A stretch of DNA of 64,000 nt from a candidate division WWE3 bacterium (GTDB taxonomy: Bacteria; Patescibacteriota; WWE3; UBA101185; UBA10185), in contig QZJF01000005.1 in NCBI GenBank assembly GCA_003599255.1, positions 32,985 through 96,984 of the forward strand, read 5' to 3'. A program made the position numbers and the translations under genes. The notes beneath the pieces are model-generated. The model saw nothing but the letters and a program-made list of their open reading frames with translations, ran no database searches and had not been told where the DNA came from. The first letter of the stretch is position 1; every line of letters starts with the position of its first letter. This document shows positions 60,534-64,000 of this stretch, one piece after another.

Positions 60534-60797
60534 CTATCGACCGTGACTCTTGCGAGAAATCCGTTCGTCCCATTTGCGTTTGCGCGATTCATCAGAAACT
60601 GCCGCAGCAACGATGAGGACGCCTGAAACAATAGCCGGAAGCAGGGTAAACTTAAGAAGACCCGCCCAGCTCATTGCGATCATCCTGAAATATTCATTTG
60701 CGGAATAGTTCAGGGTCAGGGCCGACAGGACCATCAGCACGATTTGTGCGATGATAATGCCGAAACCAAGCGTAAGCTTTACATTGAATGGCATCAT
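60534..60797 (-). CDS. Small 2-TM membrane protein, unknown function
   Basis: 87 aa with two hydrophobic helices and a basic C-terminal tail. I recognise no motif. Confidence 0.3.
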   Translation of the reverse strand: MMPFNVKLTLGFGIIIAQIVLMVLSALTLNYSANEYFRMIAMSWAGLLKFTLLPAIVSGVLIVAAAVSDESRKRKWDERISRKSHGR

Positions 60798-60870
60798 GGT
60801 TCACCTTTCCTTTTTTAGGGTTTGTTGTTGATGTAGAAGATTTTACTACCGTTTTTATAAGTAGACAAAC

Positions 60871-62793
60871 TCAGTCTTTGACGTAAAGAGTAAGTATGGT
60901 TTGATCCAGGACTTCACCTGCAGTGTTCTCGGCAGTTAGCAATATATCAAAAGGGCCGGTTCCGTAAGTCAGCCATTCGTCGAACTCAATTTTTAATTGT
61001 TTAAAGTTTCCTGTTGAGTCATTTTTCATTTCAACTTCACCAAGCACATTTACGTTTAGTGTCATTTTGTACTGGTCCAGAGGAAGATCCTCTATATATG
61101 CTTTGATTTTCTTTTCTCCCGAGACCACAGAATTATTTTCCGGATAATTTATAACTATTTTGTATTCGGTTCCGGTTACTACGTTGTTAAGGTCGGGTTC
61201 CGGTTGGGGTGGCGCTGGGTTTGGTGTGGGGGAGGGCTCCTGGGTCTGGCCTGTATCCGTTTGAGTACCAGCCTGAGTTGCCGGTTGAAGTGATGCGGAT
61301 TCCGATATGAAAACAATGTAGTTGCTGCCGGCACCGCTTGCCGGACTTGTCATGTTCCCGCCTAAAACCACAGTCCCTGCCTGGAGTGATTTTGAATAGA
61401 TCTTAAAATTGGTATCATTTGTCTTTAAAACTCCTGTAGTAAGAGTCCAATCGGATAGCCATGCCGGTATAGTATCGGCTCTTTCATCGTAACCTATGAA
61501 AATAGTTGCAGGATTACTTATTTCGAAATTTATGTAACTAACGGAATTTATATTTTTATCCGAATTCCTTCCTTTGATATATTCAGCTCCGGACACCTCA
61601 ACCGGTATATCGGTAAATACGTATGCTCTGTCGGCATAGACGGACTTGGAGATATTTAAGATATCGGTTGAAAAACCCCCTGTCGCGCCTGTTAAATTAA
61701 TGAAAAGACTGGAAGTGAGGGTGTTAACTACAGGCGTCGGCAGACTCGTACCGGTGTCTGCTGTTGCAAAATAGTTTTTCACCGTATTTTCGGCGGTTTT
61801 ATTTTCTATAGTATAGTTTTTATCGTTAGGGCCACCGGAGTTTGGATCAACTTCCCATTCCCAAAAGTGAACACCAGCGAAATACGACTTATCTTTCCAG
61901 TATTCAAAGAAAGCGGTGTAAAGATCGCTTTGTTCCTGCATATCTACATTTGCGTTATATCCGTAATCCCAGGGTCTTGTAGATGCACCGTCTACACTTC
62001 TGTATCCGATTTCCGTAAAGATGACGGGTTTTCCGAATCTTTGTACAGCTGGAGTAACATAAGTCTGATCCAATGATTCCCACCTACTTATCATAGAAGA
62101 AACAGTCGGATTAGTAGTAGATGACAGCGGTCTGTACATTGACATACCAATCAGATCTAGTCTGTTTCCGAAAGGCAGATTAGTTTCATTATAAGAACCT
62201 GAGTCAGCGTTGGCGCTGTAGGTCAACTTTCCGGAATATACATTTCTGACATTGTCGATAAGACTGGTCCAGTAGGGAAGGTTGGCAGTATTCTGCGTTA
62301 GTGTGATAAGCTCGGCGCCTATGCTTAGCATCTCAATATTATTTTGTTGTGCCATGTTTGCATAATGCAAAATCATGTTCGAGTAATTCTGGAAAAAGCG
62401 GTTTTTATCGGACGGATTTAAGTTGGCTCTCCATGAACCTCCCTTAATATCCAGGTGGGGTTTAATCATAATTCCCATTCCCAACGAATGCGCTTTATTT
62501 ATTGTATATACCATCAGAGAATCAGAAGGGGTTCTGCTTTTCCTATCCACGTTTGACGATGTTCTGGAGTCTGTTATCCATCCGGGAGTGATAGTAACGA
62601 AATTTACTCCGATCGAATTCAATTCACTCAAGGTGACGTCGACTTCAGAATAAGACTGATCGATTAAACGTATTGTAAATCCTTTTTGCCAATCAGAAAT
62701 AGCCGCGGAAGATGTATTTTGCAGTATGAAAAAGGAAAATAAGAAAACGAGTACAGCTTGAATGGCAGGTTTAAGCATCTGTGAATTATACAA
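60871..62793 (-). CDS. Secreted clan GH-A (TIM-barrel) glycoside hydrolase with Pro/Thr linker and C-terminal β-sandwich domain
   Basis: Signal peptide; an acid/base-like IGAELITL; the nucleophile motif PVIFTEIGY; then the linker TQEPSPTPNPAPPQPEPDL followed by an Ig-like C-terminal domain. Confidence 0.5.
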   Translation of the reverse strand: MYNSQMLKPAIQAVLVFLFSFFILQNTSSAAISDWQKGFTIRLIDQSYSEVDVTLSELNSIGVNFVTITPGWITDSRTSSNVDRKSRTPSDSLMVYTINKAHSLGMGIMIKPHLDIKGGSWRANLNPSDKNRFFQNYSNMILHYANMAQQNNIEMLSIGAELITLTQNTANLPYWTSLIDNVRNVYSGKLTYSANADSGSYNETNLPFGNRLDLIGMSMYRPLSSTTNPTVSSMISRWESLDQTYVTPAVQRFGKPVIFTEIGYRSVDGASTRPWDYGYNANVDMQEQSDLYTAFFEYWKDKSYFAGVHFWEWEVDPNSGGPNDKNYTIENKTAENTVKNYFATADTGTSLPTPVVNTLTSSLFINLTGATGGFSTDILNISKSVYADRAYVFTDIPVEVSGAEYIKGRNSDKNINSVSYINFEISNPATIFIGYDERADTIPAWLSDWTLTTGVLKTNDTNFKIYSKSLQAGTVVLGGNMTSPASGAGSNYIVFISESASLQPATQAGTQTDTGQTQEPSPTPNPAPPQPEPDLNNVVTGTEYKIVINYPENNSVVSGEKKIKAYIEDLPLDQYKMTLNVNVLGEVEMKNDSTGNFKQLKIEFDEWLTYGTGPFDILLTAENTAGEVLDQTILTLYVKD

Positions 62794-62817
62794 AAAAGAT
62801 TATAGGTTGTATAGAGA

Positions 62818-63954
62818 TTAGTTAAACAAAGGTTTTGCAGTATCCCAAAAATAGGGATTATTGTTCACGTCTTTTTCCCATAACCACCATTCAGCACCCC
62901 AGAAGTAGATATCTTTAAAACCCGCTTTTTGTGCATAATTAATTGTGCCAATGAAGTCTTGTCGGGACATTGTCTGATCTTTATCCTCCTGAGTGAGTTT
63001 TGAATTAATTCCGGGCCCCCATGGTTCAGCCTGAAGTTCGGTCACAATAATTTTTTCATAGGGAACCTGGACTAAATCGGCCTTTATCTTGTAGGTCCAG
63101 TGGGCTAGGGGATACTGGAAATAGATAAATCTTCCAAGAAACACTCCCCAAAAGTCATACCAGATTTTTCTGTACATTGAAATTGCCAGATAGTCTCCAA
63201 TTTCGTAACTAGGCTTCCAGAAACCGCCTTCTCCGCTGTCCTGTATCAAAATCGGTCTGTTATCCAGAGTTCGTACAATTTTAACTTCATTTTCAACCAC
63301 CGATTTTTTTATTTCCGTGCAAACGCCAAATGGAAAGAAAGGCTCGTTTTCAACCTGCCACATCTTAATTGACGTGTAACCCCGAAGCTCAACTATTGCA
63401 TCGGTTACGTATTGGTAAAGCTCGTCATTTCTAAACTCTTCAATACTGATATCTTTCCACCATTGCGGCTCAAAGCACTCGGGAAACCTGGGAACTTTTC
63501 TGCCGACTGTCATAATTACATTTACGTTTCTTTTTTCCGCCTCGTCTAATTGCCACTTAATATCCTCAAAGTCATATTCGTCCTTTATCTTTTCTACATC
63601 GTCCCAGTAGGCTACAAGTCTGAGATTCTTTGCACCCAGATCGTCAAGAATCTGTATATAAGTTTCCTTCCAATCCATGCCAAGTTCCTCGGAATACTTT
63701 CTGCTGAAATTAACACCATAATTAATGTCTTTTTGCGGAACAGGCCTAAGGAATATGAAAAGTATAAAAGGGGAAACAATGATTAAGAATATCATCCCCA
63801 TAATAATTCTAAAAAGCCTTAGTTCGAACAGATGTTTTAGTAAAACAATAATCCTGTCAAAAGGCCTTAAAAATGACAAAGCGGTCCTTATTAAAAAGAT
63901 AGGAAAAGGATTTTCTTTTATATGTGTAAAATATTTAAGAGATTTCTTGCCCAT
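62818..63954 (-). CDS. Membrane-anchored clan GH-A glycoside hydrolase (GH5-like)
   Basis: N-terminal TM helix, the acid/base motif WQVENEPFF (an NEP motif) and the nucleophile-like IIVTELQAEPWG. The call is tentative. Confidence 0.5.
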   Translation of the reverse strand: MGKKSLKYFTHIKENPFPIFLIRTALSFLRPFDRIIVLLKHLFELRLFRIIMGMIFLIIVSPFILFIFLRPVPQKDINYGVNFSRKYSEELGMDWKETYIQILDDLGAKNLRLVAYWDDVEKIKDEYDFEDIKWQLDEAEKRNVNVIMTVGRKVPRFPECFEPQWWKDISIEEFRNDELYQYVTDAIVELRGYTSIKMWQVENEPFFPFGVCTEIKKSVVENEVKIVRTLDNRPILIQDSGEGGFWKPSYEIGDYLAISMYRKIWYDFWGVFLGRFIYFQYPLAHWTYKIKADLVQVPYEKIIVTELQAEPWGPGINSKLTQEDKDQTMSRQDFIGTINYAQKAGFKDIYFWGAEWWLWEKDVNNNPYFWDTAKPLFN

Positions 63955-64000
63955 TACACTTCAATTCTACCATTCACGCATATGTCAGCGTAGTAGTAAA

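Overview
This is an AT-rich bacterial window. About two-thirds of it (5771–47555, minus strand) is taken up by four co-directional giant genes of 2712, 2987, 2404 and 5758 aa. All four encode Thr/Ser/Gly/Asn-rich surface proteins that start with a basic N-tail and a single TM helix. Genes 1–3 are paralogs: they share a juxtamembrane module and are built from many LamG/ConA-like lectin domains, and gene 2 also carries a six-bladed β-propeller repeat block. Gene 4 has a cytoplasmic Xis/MerR-type HTH at its N-terminus, then a TM helix, then about 5000 aa of near-identical tail-fibre-like modules, ending in a phage-type peptidase S74 intramolecular-chaperone domain. The giant-gene array and a divergently transcribed F-type ATP synthase operon (48345–54431, with no recognisable a or c subunits) sit inside the normally contiguous secE-nusG-rplK-rplA / rplJ-rplL cluster. 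The left flank carries glycogen-type genes (a GH57 enzyme, glgA and a GalT-like HIT transferase) converging on rplL at a bidirectional terminator. The right flank carries an M50/S2P-like protease, about 270 nt of non-coding leader ending in an intrinsic terminator just ahead of folD, a DHH/DHHA1 phosphoesterase, a GH13 enzyme and two clan GH-A hydrolases. I found no rRNA, tRNA, CRISPR array, IS element or prophage backbone. The base composition, tiny intergenic spacers, carbohydrate and fermentation gene content and the giant surface proteins fit a CPR/Patescibacteria-like or similarly reduced bacterium, but that is an inference. All protein-family calls come from motifs I recognised by eye; I ran no database search.
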